From Amoebidium appalachense (Eukaryota > Protista > Ichthyosporea): a DNA stretch of 64,000 nt. The DNA lies in assembly GCA_963693365.1 (NCBI GenBank), contig CAVNZM010000011.1:4720639-4784638 (forward strand), written 5' to 3'. Of the stretch, positions 25,574-39,318 are shown piece by piece. Below the pieces are notes generated by a model that did not search any database, was not told where the DNA came from, and saw only the letters and a list, made by a program, of their open reading frames with translations. Made by a program: the position numbers and the translations under genes. Position 1 is the stretch's first letter. Every line of letters starts with the position of its first letter.

Positions 25574-26186
25574 CGCGCGCACACTCGCGTGTGTGCGTGT
25601 GTCCGCAGGCCGGACAGGACGGGCGGGCTGGGGGGAGGGGGGGAAGGGGGGAGGGAGGGGGGCATGCATGGCCCAAAAACAACCCACACGACGTATTCCA
25701 TCGGCCTTTGAGCATATATTAGGCTCCTTGATCAATTGGCACCTGCGGGGAAAAAACCGGTCATAATTTCTCTCTCTCTCTCTCTTCTTCTTTCTTATTG
25801 AAGGAAAGCAGGGGAAAACCGGGGGGGGGGGGGGGGGGGGGGGGAGGAAGTTAAAGTTGAACTCTGCCTAAAGATGGGTCCCCGCTTTCTGGAATGTTTT
25901 TTTGCCTGTAGTATTCCGATACATATGACCGTGATCCTCTCTCGACAATGCCCTTAACTAAGTTCTCTGCTTTCATATCCTCTGTTTGCTCTATTGACGT
26001 GATGCGCTTTTGCACACTGGTGTATGCATGCACCTAAGTGTGATCACGATGTGTGTTGAGGATACGTGGTGAATGAGTTTAGGTAGTGTAGAAGACCATT
26101 TTTTTGGCGTTGGTGTGTAGCCGTGTGCGATGTGCACAATGTGTGTATGTGGTAGGTGTATGGTAGGTGGGTTGGTGTGGGGAGCA

Positions 26187-26222
<36 letters not shown>

Positions 26223-26651
26223 AGGGTGTCTGTGTACGTCTATCTCTCTCCCTCTCCCTTTCCCTCCCTCTGTCGTCTGTCTCTGTGTGTGTCTATCTGT
26301 GTTCGTGTGTCACTATGGTAGGTGGGTTGGTGTGGAGAGCAGGGGGGGGGGGGGGGGGGGAGGGGGGAGCGGGGGTGTCTGTGTACGTCTATCTCTCTCC
26401 CTCTCCCTCTCCCTCTCCCTCTCCCTCTCCCTCCCTCTGTCGTCTGTCTGCGTGCGTGTCTATGTGTGTGCGTGTGTCACACACTCTCTCTCTGCGTGCG
26501 CTTGGGCTCGTGGGTGTGTACGTGTGTGTATTGGAGAGGGGAAAGGGTGTGTGTGTGTGTGTGTGTGGGTGGGTGGGTGGGTGCGGTGGGTGGGGGGGGG
26601 GGGGGGGGGGGGGGGGGGGGATGTGTGCCAGGTGTGCTGTTCTTGGTGTGG

Positions 26652-26782
26652 TTATAACAAATGTGGTACCTGATACTCTAGCTCCGGAAACAGTGTTCTC
26701 AGAATTGTAGTCTCATCCCTCATTTGTTCCTACCCAAGGGACATCACAATTCAATAGTCAATATATGTATATATATATATAT

Positions 26783-26845
<63 letters not shown>

Positions 26846-27091
26846 TTATGAAACAAAAAAATAGTAGGAATATATATCCAGGGGGAAGGAGAAGCTATAT
26901 GCAAGGGCTGTTTGTATCGCTGTTTGTATCGGTGACACAATTGCTGCGGAAGTTTAGTGAGGGCAGGCCGAGCCAGCAGCCAAAAAGATACAAAATGGAG
27001 TAATGAAAGTAATCTTTCCGCGGCGTGCACAATTATAGCAATCGATTTAAAGATGGGGAAGGGAAGGGAAGGAGGAAAGTGGGAGGGAAGG

Positions 27092-27147
<56 letters not shown>

Positions 27148-27185
27148 ACGCAGTGTGTTTTTTGGGGGGAATAGAGGGGAGGAGG

Positions 27186-27225
<40 letters not shown>

Positions 27226-27421
27226 GGAGCGTGGAATAAAAAAAATGCAGTAAGCAGTGTGCTTTGCACTTGTGACTACCCGACAAAACAAACACATCCC
27301 CGAGGCAAAAAATGCACATACCTGAGTTCGTGGCTTTCTCCAGGGTTCAGCGTGTCGGAACTCTGAATTGACAAAGGGGTATGGTGACCACTTATCTGGC
27401 ATCAGATACCAAGCATGGCAC

Positions 27422-27464
<43 letters not shown>

Positions 27465-27673
27465 GGGCAGGGGGGGGGGGGGGGGGGGGGGAGGGGGGGG
27501 GGGGGGGGGGGGGGGGATGTTTGAGGCAGGGTGGGGAGTCTGGGGGATGTCCAAGTTGCACGAAATAGTGCAAAGCATAAATGCAAGAGTGGACTTCAAC
27601 GGAGTGGGGAATGACCTTGGACTGTGGTGGTAGTTATGCCTGGTGATGGTGGGTGGGTGGTGGTGGTGGTGGT

Positions 27674-27723
<50 letters not shown>

Positions 27724-27807
27724 GGGGGGGTTTGCATTGGCCTAAATGGTGCACACAGACACACACAGAGTACAGACACACACACAGACACACATACATA
27801 CGTACAT

Positions 27808-27848
<41 letters not shown>

Positions 27849-27895
27849 GCCTCGTCCACCGCCCACTCCCTTTATCAGCCCCCCCCCCCCCCCCC

Positions 27896-27936
<41 letters not shown>

Positions 27937-29624
27937 ACAAAAAAAAAAAAAAAAAAAAGAAAAAAGAAAAAGAAAAAGAAAAAAAAAAAAGGAATGAAAA
28001 ACAAACAAACAAACAAACAAACAAACAAACAAACAAACAAACAAACAAAAAAAAAAAAACAGAAAAAAACAACCCACGTCAAACGGTGAAAACCCACCTC
28101 CATTCAATTTCGATGGGTCGGGCATGTGTGCCACGTCATCGGATTCCAGTGCGCCATATATGGCATCTGGGTTGCGGTCAAAGTCCTGGGTGCCTTTGCG
28201 CGGTAGTATGTGGATGTGAGCATGAGGTACTGTTTGCCCTGATGCTGCACCATCCTGCGCATAAAGGGGATCTAGGTTTGATTTGGGGATCATAGATCTG
28301 GCGACGGGATCTTATATAGATTTAGTTGAGAAATCTAGATTTAGTTTAGTGAATCTGATATACATTTGGTTGGGGAATCTAGATGTAGTTAGGGAATCTA
28401 GAATAAATGGGTTGCGGTCAAAGTCCTGGGTGCCTTTGCGTTTGAGTATGTGGATGTGTGCATGGGGTACGGTTTGCCCCGATGCTACTCCATCGTGTGC
28501 ATCTAGGGGATCTAGATTTAGATAGTATAGATAGGATCTAGGTTTAGAGAGAAAACATAGATAGGGAATCTAGATATAGTCAGCGAATAAAAGGAATCTA
28601 TATTTGGAGAGAGAACAGAGATAGGGAATCTAGATATATAAGGGAATTTCCAAATTCTATGAATTTATTAGGGAATCCAGAATCTCACTATGGGATCGAG
28701 GTGTAATAAGAGAATCTAGACTTCATTAGAACGCTTGATTTGGGGCATGTGAGGGGACCCATAGTTTTATCAAAGGACCTAGTGCTATAGATTCAAACAA
28801 ATGAATCCAGATTTGCTAACAATAGATAACTCAAATCAGGAATCAAGACTTGACTAAGGGATCGAGATGTGATTAAGGGACAGGACACATCTAATATATG
28901 TGGAGTACATGTATCAAACAAATGTTGAATTATGGTTCTATTATTGCACATTACCCACAGAAGTATACGAACACCCTACGTAAGATACATGCGGAGTGCA
29001 TCAAAAACATGCAATAGTATAAAAAAGGATGTATTACACGCACAAGATTAAGGGAAGGCCAAATAAGATGTAGAGTGTATCGGGCACATGTATAACAAGG
29101 TATAAATTACACAATAAAGTATAAGGACACACCTGCACGCTAACGGTCAGGGCCTTTGCCTGGTAGTGCCTCTCCAGCCGTGGGCCAACCACGTGGGTGG
29201 CCAGCAGCCACAGGTCACAGACCTCATCTGATTGGCTAGAAATCAGCTATATATAGGATAGAGAAACGGCTATAGTTGGTGTTTCTACGTTGGCATGTGG
29301 CATGTGTGTGTGTCTCTCCCAGGAAGCTTGCGAGTAAAACGGGGATAATTGGCAGTGTTATAAATGGGTGGGCACGGGAGCAAGGCCCAGGGGAAGGGGG
29401 GAGGGGGGGGGGGAGGGGGGGGGGGGGGGGGGGGAGGGAGAGAGGAAGAGAATCTTATCACAACAAACACCGGGGGCGGAGGGAAGGGGAGCAAATCAGA
29501 TGTGGATTTAGGAAGGATTCATGCGAATCTGGCAAAGTGCATCATGATCCTCACAATATCACGTGCAGAAAAGAGGTAAGAGGACGAACTTTTTTCCGTT
29601 TCTTTTTTTTTTTTTCTTTTTTGG

Positions 29625-29667
<43 letters not shown>

Positions 29668-30195
29668 CTTACAAAAAAAGGACAAACATGAAGAAGAGTG
29701 TAGGCTGTACAAACATAAAAGGCACGTGTGGCAAAACTACACATGTGCATCAGGGAGCATACACGTGTGTCTGTGTGTCCATGTTGGCGTGTGCGTGAGG
29801 GAGGAGGAGAGGTATGAGGGGAAGGGTGTCGGGGGGCAGGGGGGGGGGGGGGAGTAGAAGGAGGTATGGATTGTAAGACAATCCACACAGATCCAACCAG
29901 GCAGCTTGGAGTTTAACAGAGGGAAGTGGAAAAGGGATGGGAAAAGGATGGAGACGAGGGGGGATGGGAGGGGAGGGGGGGCGAGGGGGGTGGTAACGAT
30001 GGGGAAAGGGTGGGAGTCCTACAAGACAAAGGGGGTGGGGTGGGGGGGGGGGGGGGATGGAAAGCATCTGCTGGCAGAAACCCAGAGAGGATCCCGAAAT
30101 AATAAAATGAAAAAAACAGAGTTGTGTCTAGAGAGTGTTTAAAAACATATATTCCTTTCTTTTTTGTGTGTGTGGTGATGGTGGCGGGGAACGGG

Positions 30196-30257
<62 letters not shown>

Positions 30258-30261
30258 TTTC

Positions 30262-30294
<33 letters not shown>

Positions 30295-30774
30295 TGTGGG
30301 GGGGGGGGGGGGGGGGGGGAGGAGTAAAACTACATACCTGGGGTAAGCTCGTGTAATCTTGCCACCACCCTGCGAGGAATTAGAAGAACATGGCCCGGCA
30401 CAAGGGGTTTTAGGTTGACTATCCCGTAGGAGAGTCGTGTAGACAAAAAAACCTGCAGCGGCACAGCATGCGTTCAATGCACAGGGAGAGATCTTAACAT
30501 GGACTGATCGATGCATGTGCCCAGAGAGAGAGAGATTGTGTAACATTCGCCTGTCTCTGGTAAGGCAAGGCCACATGGCGCCGTCATTAAACTGGAAAAG
30601 AGTAAGAGAGCCTTGAAAGTGAGCTAGCGGGAACATGGTGTAAAAAGGTTCCTCCTGCTGTTCAGGCGGGACTTCTTAGGCATTTGACGACGGAATCCTT
30701 TGATGTTGTCCACCCACCTGTGTGTCTACTTTGCATAGGTGTGGCCCAAAGCGGATGGCAGCGGCACCAGCCAT
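26652..30774 (-). CDS. FHIT: FHIT/Hnt2-type diadenosine triphosphate hydrolase (HIT family), ~180 aa
   Basis: Phase-consistent exons 30774-30718, 30452-30338, 29227-29133, 28254-28098, 27362-27322, 26729-26652. Protein: MAGAAAIRFGPHLCKVDTQVFLSTRLSYGIVNLKPLVPGHVLLIPRRVVARLHELTPDEVCDLW...SVQDGAASGQTVPHAHIHILPRK...WRKPRTQEQMRDETTILRTLF. An alternative last exon (donor 26670, exon 26033-25851) and a short upstream exon (30881-30854) are possible. Confidence 0.93.
28408..28515 (-). pseudogene. Partial duplicate of the FHIT catalytic (HIT-motif) exon inside intron 3
   Basis: Reads DGVASGQTVPHAHIHILKRKGTQDFDRNP versus functional DGAASGQTVPHAHIHILPRKGTQDFDRNP. The acceptor is CAC instead of CAG and no donor is evident. 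Confidence 0.85.
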
Positions 30775-31600
30775 GGTCGATGAAAATGGTTTGAACTCCC
30801 CTATGCCCGCTTAAACGCAAATGTGGTTTGCTTGAAGATTTGGTGGAGCTCACCTTCCACTCGTCTTCCTTGTATGGTCATAAAAAGTGATCGCTGCAAG
30901 TCGGCTCGGCTCCAACTAGCAGAGTCTACCTTCTAAACACACCTTTGTATTCAGCTACAACTATAAAATCACCGTATATAATTAGAAGAGAGGGGCACTT
31001 TCTGTTGCGCTTGAGATGCGCTACTTGTATGGTGCGGAACATGAATGTGGCAAGGTGTCAACAACTCTTTCCGGTGTTAGATTCCTGACACGCCTCTCGG
31101 ATTCAGGCCGCCAGCAAAGAGACAATTAGGGTGTAGCAGCCGTATAGACTCAAGGGGGAAAAAGTGCTTGAGTAAATAAATGGTAAGTGAACTGGAAGTA
31201 AACTGGAGGCTGTGATCGAAGCCGCTGGCTTGGTTTTTGGGGCGCTGTGCTGTGTAGGCTGTGTTTGTTCAAGTGCTGTTTGCGCCATCAAAATTGCGCA
31301 AGATTTGTGCAAAATAGTTTTTGGCGCCAAAATTCATGATATCACAAAATCCGCAAAGAAAAAAAAAAGCGCACGGTCTTCTTCACAAACGTTAACCGGA
31401 ACCACATAATGTAGCTCTGTACAATACCGAGTCGATGTCTGTCCGTGTAACTCTACACAACATAATCCTTTAAAATTTGGAGCGATTCTTCTTTCTGTCT
31501 GCATCTTATTAGTTAGAGCACGATTTTATTAGTATAGTTTCATAGGGGCACGATGGATGTTCTGTTTCGGTAGCTTAGCCTAGACACATACCGCAAAACC

Positions 31601-33461
31601 ATGGCAAACGTCAAGAGAAAGCTAGCTAGTTTGGTTGAAGTGGGTCCTATGTCCAATACAATCACCCTACAACGAATGGCTTGCCTCTGTTCAAAAATTC
31701 ACTGTCCCCATCCCGCAAGAGACCCCGACACACACGCACCCAGATTCAAGCAGCCATCTACCAAACCTTCAGGTAACAGAAGAAGTAGATACTCTCCTGT
31801 GCCCTAGTTTTTCAAACGAGACCTCAATTCAACTTTTCGGTCGCCAGCCCTCCCTCCCAAACGGTGAGCCGCCATGTTTTATCACCCACAAGGACTCCGG
31901 CTGTGGAGGATTACTACCGAACTCCAAAGTGCTAGGCCTGTCGAACGAAGAAATATTTGCGCGCAAATAATCGTGAGTGCGCCTTCACAGAAGAAAGCTG
32001 TGAATTTACCCGCACGACCAAGCAGCAAAAGCAACCAAGCCTTCTTCTTTTTTCGAAGTGGCAAGCACAAAATGAGCATGTGTCCCTCAAAGATTCATCA
32101 GTTTTCTCAGTGGCTCCACTGGCGTCCGGGATGACCCCTGACACACCGACATCATCTGGTGCCAACGAGCAGAAAAATCCCTTCCCTCTTTCCATGCCAG
32201 CAACATTTTCCTTACCCACCTCGGTGCAGTCCTCTCCAGACCTCCCAACCAGCCCGTTAGCACACCAGAACTCACAACAGGAGAGGGGCGACCGTGTTTC
32301 TGGCAACATGCAAGCCGGACAACCACCACCGGAAAAGGAGGGCAGGAACTGCCACCTGCTAATGTTCGATTCGCAGATGAGCCAACTTCTCGATGGTGCA
32401 CAGATGCTCGGACGTGTTGGCGTGGTCCTCCCTGGCTATAAGTCCGCCTTCAAAAACTGCGAAAAGCTCAACAAAGTCCAGACCAGCCCACCTGCACACT
32501 CAAATCCGCTTTTGCTGAGCCCATTCAGGCCCCGGACAGGTCCCCATCGCCGTGCCACGCTCGCCAGACAGCAAGCCACATTGCACAAACAAACCCCGTT
32601 TCTTCAGAATCTAACGGTGTGTTGTCTCTGTCTTCAGATTCGACCCAGAACAACGGAAGTAGCACCAGTGGTGGTGGTTCCCCCGGCGAAGATTTATCGA
32701 GCTCGGTAACTAGGGCGAAAAGCAGCGAAAACTACGCTACAAGCGACAGCGAAAGCGCCCAGAGTTTAATTTCTGCCTCATTAAACGAGAGCGGGGACTC
32801 GCAAGAAACCTCGCACAACTCACCACCCTCTAAACGGTTACGTGTGGGTAACGTCAGAAAACAAACGCAAAACGTTTCAAAAGACTCGAGTGAATCAGCA
32901 CCAGTAAACAACAACACCGCTCGCTCAAAAGTCACCACGCGCTCAAGAGGAAAAGAGTCCCGTGATCGCCTTCCCCTCTCTTCATTGCCAAACGGGCGCT
33001 TCACAAGACGCTCGACACCTAACTCCAAAGTGGGAGGAAAAGGTTTGCATGGTTGTGAGAACTCGCTGCAGGTTGAAAGCTCGAACGAAGGACAGACAAC
33101 CAAGGCAAAACACACTGCAAACGAATCGTTTAATAACAAAGAAAGGCAACACCAACCACCTGCAGTCCGACTCGATGAATGCGCCAAAATCATCAAAGAA
33201 ACGATGTTTTTGCCTGAACCGAGCACACCCCCGTTTGCCTGGCCACATGATGGACCTGTTTTTCTGGGTAGTTCAGAATCCGAATCTGAGACCGAAATGG
33301 ATTTGGGAGAGGTGCCAACCCCCCCCCCCCCCCCCCCCCCCCAAACAACAAAAAACACACACACACACACACAGACACTCAAACACACACACACACCCAC
33401 ACACACACCCACACACATACACACACAAACACACAAGCACGTGCGCCTGCACGCACACACA

Positions 33462-33522
<61 letters not shown>

Positions 33523-33937
33523 AGAGGGAAAAGGAGAAAAAAAAAGAACCCCAAGCCTTTTTGAAAAGCCTTGGCAAGAGAAAAGAAACCACCCTCACGC
33601 ACAAACACATATTCGGAGCAGGCATATGAATTAAAAAATAAGGGAATCTCAAGTTTTCCTTGACGCTCACCTCTGGGCCCAACAAGGATGCTTTATTTAG
33701 GCCAGTAAATTGATTTCTTGCAAACTTGTGACTTGGTGACTCCTCATGCATGTGGTTATCCCAGCCGTTGTATCGCTTCAATTGTAGTCCTACTCGTTCC
33801 TACCCCCTTCCCCCCTCCCCTACCCTCTCCCCCCCCCTCCCCCCCCGAGCGCCTATTACCTCCCCTTCCGCCCTGGTCCCCTCCCCCGCCTTCCCCCTGC
33901 TTCCCCTCACCCCACCCCCCTTCCCCAATAAACAAAC

Positions 33938-33968
<31 letters not shown>

Positions 33969-34647
33969 GCGCGCACGCGCGGACATTTCCCATTCCCTCG
34001 TTTCTGTCCATAATCCAGCCCCCTGACCAATAACCCCCCCCACCCCCCCCCACCCACCCCCCCAGGCCAAGATGCCCCTTCCCCTCCGTCTTCCACTTTT
34101 CAAAGTCTTCCTGTTCCTGTTGCACACACCACTCATTTTTTTCACAATCATACACCAAAGTGTGGTAAGGATCGTTTGGACTTTAGTGCAATCTGATTTA
34201 ATATCCCCAACACCACTAGGACGCTTCAGGTTTGTGAAAAAAATGTTTGGGGGGGGGGGGGGGGGGGGGGGAGAACAAAAGGAGGGCAGGGAGGGAGGGA
34301 GGGGGGGGGGGGGGGGGGGGGGGGGCCAAGCAAGCTCAGTTCATGTCAATGTTTTTTAAGGGGATGAGTTCTGAAGGATCATCTTATCATTCCAGATTCG
34401 GACGGGTCGTGAGTACCCCTTCTACCTTCGTCGATGGCAAGACAAAATGCATTGGGACGATTCTCCTGCTGCAGTGAAATTACTTCAGGAAGGGTGGCAG
34501 AGACGCATGACTGTGCGCCAATCAGCGTGGGCACACGGGGCCAGATATAAGGCATGCGTCAAGTACAGACCCCCTACCAAATACAGCGTGTGGATGGGGA
34601 GCTGGAAGGAGGTGTCAGCGAAGAAATGCGGTATGATGCGTTGGGTG

Positions 34648-34703
<56 letters not shown>

Positions 34704-34747
34704 CCCCCCCCTCCCCCCCCGAGGCTCTCTCTCTCTCTCTCTCCCCG

Positions 34748-34808
<61 letters not shown>

Positions 34809-34924
34809 CTCGAGGCTCTCTCCCTCTCTCTCTCCCCGAGGCTCTCTCTCTCTCTCTCTTTCTCTTTCTCTCCGAGGCTCTCTCTCCGAGGCTCTCTCTC
34901 CCCGCAGCTCTCTGTCCCTCTCCC

Positions 34925-34968
<44 letters not shown>

Positions 34969-35084
34969 ACTCTCTCTCCTCTCTCTCTCTTCCCCGCGTC
35001 CCCCCCCCCCCCCCCTCCCCTCCGCCCTTCCCAAAAAAAAAAAAAAAAAACATCACCACCACCTCCTCCTCTCACTTTTCAAAG

Positions 35085-35121
<37 letters not shown>

Positions 35122-35246
35122 TAATAAAAAATCCAACTTTCAAGTTTTAGCTTTCTCGGCACCGCTGTGCGAGTTGAGTTTGCAGCTGTATAATGTACCG
35201 CACAGTCATGGTATGTTTGGGTGTATGTATGTATGCACGTGCACAA

Positions 35247-35294
<48 letters not shown>

Positions 35295-35538
35295 CCCGCC
35301 CCTACCCACCCACCCCCACCCCCCACACCCCCAAGGTGCCTGCTCCAAAGACACATAGTGCAGTGCTTTGAAGCGGGCAAACACGTGGAGTTTTGAGCTG
35401 ATTGTTCACTGCAATGCATGTAAAAACATGAAGCACAGGAGTTCAGGCACGGATTGCACGGATTGCACATGTGGAAGACGCATGAGCACACTGGCAGGCC
35501 ACATTCAATATGCAACACCTTTTTTCTACTCCACACCC

Positions 35539-35569
<31 letters not shown>

Positions 35570-35578
35570 GTTTTGTAT

Positions 35579-35613
<35 letters not shown>

Positions 35614-35615
35614 GT

Positions 35616-35646
<31 letters not shown>

Positions 35647-35900
35647 GGAGGAGGGAGGTGCCGCTGGGGGAGTAACAGGTTGGGGCACGCAGCCCATTTC
35701 CAACCGAAACTCTAATTATGCGAACACATCCAACAGCAGGAGATAAACTAAACGTGCACGAAAAAGACTTTATCTTCCGGGGTGCTGTCTACATCCCCGG
35801 CACCCAGGTGATATGGGCTGGTGCTGCGGCAACAAGTAAGGAAGCGGGAAAAGGATGTGCCTCAATCGCCCACGTCTCTGGTCAGTTCCTCCCCCTCCCG

Positions 35901-35961
<61 letters not shown>

Positions 35962-36077
35962 ACACAGACACACACCCTTCACCTTCCCCTTTTCTCGATG
36001 CCCCACGAGCACATACACACAACACAATGTCATGTATGTCCAGCAGAGTGTAAAGGAGGAGCGAACATATGTGTGCC

Positions 36078-36127
<50 letters not shown>

Positions 36128-36513
36128 CCCCACCCCACCCTCACGACAGCGCACGAGCACATCCGAACAAAACATATCTGCATCCATCATAGGTAACAAA
36201 GATCAGACGTGTTGTTTTGACTTCTCCCCCCCTCCGCCCTACCCGCACCCGACCCCCCACCAACCCCCCACCTACCCACCCACCCACCCACCTTTGCAGT
36301 GGCACCTCTCGTCCCCCCCCCCCCCCCCCCCCCCTCACGCAATACCCAGTTCTGGACAGTGCTCAGCGCAAATCATCAACTTATTTCCTAACCCATCTTC
36401 CCGGCCATTTCACATTAATAGTATGCTAATACCAATTTCTCTGCCCTTCTTGTTCTTTATTTTGTTTTGCCCCACAATCTCTCTCTGTCCCCCCTCCCCC
36501 CCCCCTTCCCCCC

Positions 36514-36544
<31 letters not shown>

Positions 36545-37458
36545 CTTCCCCCTCTTCCCCCCAGCCCCATGTGATAATCACTCCATCCAGTGATACGTTA
36601 TGACAACTTTGAACCCAACATCGTGCATGCCATAATGATTCGAACGCGATGGATTTTATCCATGCAACATTCAATCACACACAGTGTGCACACATGTTTA
36701 ATTGAATACACAGAGAGATGGTGTGCCCATCGCTTACAGTGACTGTTTTGCATTTCATCGCTATCCCTCTATTCCTCTTCCCCCCCCCCCCCCCCCCCCC
36801 CCCCACCCACCCCTTTCCTGTTAGCCCTCTGAGGTGTATCATTGGTCATCCGAGCCCCACCTTATTTCCTCATTCTCCCCTAATCCCTTCTGACCTTGCT
36901 TCACTTTACCCTCTTCTTCCCTTCCTCCCCCTTCCAGCCCCTCCCTCTATACTAGCTCTTCTCTCTTCCCCTTTTCTTCCCTCCCCCCGCTCCTCCCCCT
37001 TCTCCCCCCCCTCCCCACCCCCGGCCCCTCACAAAGCTCATTCTCCCTCTCCCTCTCCCTTATCTCAGTTCCGAGAGTCACCCCCCCCCCCCCCCCCCCC
37101 CTCTCCACCCCCTCCCCCCCCCCCCCCCCCTCCCGCCCCCCCTCTCCCCGTCTTCCTACCCTCGGTGGGTTTCTCCGAACCCGAACCCCCCTTCTACGCC
37201 TCTCCAGACCCCTTTCTTCAAAAACTAACCACATAAATTGTTAGTGTTAACGAAACACTAACCGCGGCATATGTTTTCATACATGCAGACGCTGATTACT
37301 ACTTCCGCCAGGCATGTGCAAACGGCGGCTCACTTTCAGACTAGGAGGAGGAAGACGGTGAGACGACGTCAGACCGGGTGCTGTTTTCACTGGATGAGGT
37401 CATCGTGCCTGAGTCCGAAAACGACATTCTCACCGATTCTGAACCCGACGAAGAGTGA
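31601..37458 (+). CDS. Long Ser/Pro-rich protein with C-terminal divergent MBD/TAM-like domain and acidic tail; 5' structure uncertain
   Basis: Long non-repetitive open region 31635-33311. It needs a probable intron at 31864-31990 and one extra A in the run at 32452-32456 (YKSAFKKLRKAQQ). NLS-like PPSKRLR. Exons 34396-34630, 35740-35807 and 37345-37458 give LLQEGWQRRMTVRQSAWAHGARYKACVKYRPPTKYSVWMGSWKEVSAKKCGDKLNVHEKDFIF, matching the MBD fold pattern GW.R....R.S...V.Y.P......S..E........DF.F. The start codon was not established. Confidence 0.6.
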
Positions 37459-37552
37459 TCGGTATGGTGGGGTGTGGCTGGTGAGTGTGTGTGTGTTTGC
37501 GTGTGCGTGTTGTTGCGTGCGTGGGGAGGGGGTGCATGGTGCTTGTGTGGGT

Positions 37553-37596
<44 letters not shown>

Positions 37597-38209
37597 ACGC
37601 GCACGTGTGTTTGCGTGCTCGCACGCACACGTGTGTGTGTGTGTGTGCGCGTGTACGGGCGTGTGTGCGTGCTTGTGTGCGCGAACGTGTGCGCGCCGGG
37701 ATGTGTGTGTATGTGCACGCGTGCGCACATGTGTGTTTGTATGTTTGTTTTTCTGTTCTTTCTTTTTTTTTTTTTTTTTCTTTGGGGGGGGGGGGATTGA
37801 GGGAGGCACAAATATGGTTAATCCTCTTGCACCTCCGCCTGCCTATTATTTGTTGTTGGGTTCGGCGACACATTCCCTTAGACTTGCTTTCAGGTCTTCC
37901 AAACGCTGTATACTTCATTGATGTAGTGATGTGTATAATGTAGGATTACGGTCGCATGTAATTACTCTGTATGCCATACTATTTGTTCATGATTACCCAC
38001 TACATAGCAGGGAGCTGATATTATTGTCACGTTCAATATAATCTAAACGGAACCTTTAAACATGTTTCTGCGGCCTGCCGATCTAAACCTTTTGTAGTTC
38101 AAGCCAGCTGCTGAACTTAAGCCGGCCTTAGTCTAGACTCTACATCACCTGCTTAGCAACATTGTTTACCTCTCAGACTGTGTGTGGCTAAGTTTAACGT
38201 GCTGGATGG

Positions 38210-39198
38210 GAAGCAAAAAACATAAATAATCTGCGTGAAGCAGAATTGTCAGAAAGCACAGTGTTGCTGCAGCAAAACAGAATCGTTTTATTAGTAAAGA
38301 GCAAGCAAGTAAAGAGCAAGCTTTCTGCAGAGTCATTCTCCATATTTCACCGGATTGTTCTGTGGTGAGCAGAATTGTTCTGCTAACCGGGTGGGGGCTC
38401 TGCTCAACGTGTCTGTTGCCATCAAATTTGCAGGCAAGGCATGGGGCCGCTTCATACCAAGTGGGACAACCCGTGCTTGTGTGCTGCTACCGACTATGGT
38501 TTCACCTCGTACAATGCATTGAAAGCCCAACCACATCAACACTCTGCAGGCTCAACCGTGACAGAATTCTGTTTTTTTCGAAACGAATTCTGCTTTTTGC
38601 CGGATTCAGAATAAGAAGAATCATTCTGTATATTCTGCTGTTGCAGAACAAATCTGCTAGAAGCAGAATAGGCTCCAATCACGGCAGCAGAAGCAACATG
38701 CACCGAGCAAAACTATTCTGCACAAAAGAGAATTTATTAAAATTCTGCAAAAAACAGAATCATCCTGCTGCTAGCAGAATGATTCAGCCACTGCAGAATT
38801 TGTCTTCACTTTGAAAAAGCAACTACAGAAGCAGAACAAAACTGCTCTAAGACGAACAATTTTGCTGTTAGCAAAATAACTCTGCTTTCTGAATTAATCT
38901 GCTCAAAGCAAAACGATTCAGCTCAGAGCCGAGTAATTCTTCTTTACAAAAAAGAGTCCGCTTAAAATACTCTACGTGCGGAATAATTCACGAGTGCAGC
39001 CTGCTTGCTGCAGAAACTGGCAGCTCGCAGCAACTTGGTTCTGCTGAAGTGTTTTGGCCCGCAGTATGTTTCTCGTTCTTGCAATACAGGCAGAATAATT
39101 CTGTTCTCGTTCGCCGAACGAATAATCCTGCATTTTTCAGAGTTTGCTCAAGGCAGAAGGCAAAAGAAGGCTTCTGCAGAATTTATTCTGAGACTCTA
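38210..39198. mobile_element. GCAGAA/TTCTGC-rich degenerate non-autonomous element
   Basis: Dense GCAGAA(T)/(A)TTCTGC motifs in both orientations. It contains GCCCAACCACATC as in the element at 55259, and ends in AGACTCTA. Confidence 0.55.
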
Positions 39199-39318
39199 GT
39201 AGTTTAATGATATTGCGCTCAATAGAATAATATTGTTCTTTGCAGAGTTACCCTGCACCCAGCAAGTTTATTGTGAATCGATTAGGCCTTTTGTAAGCTA
39301 ATGAAGACCAGGCCGCAG

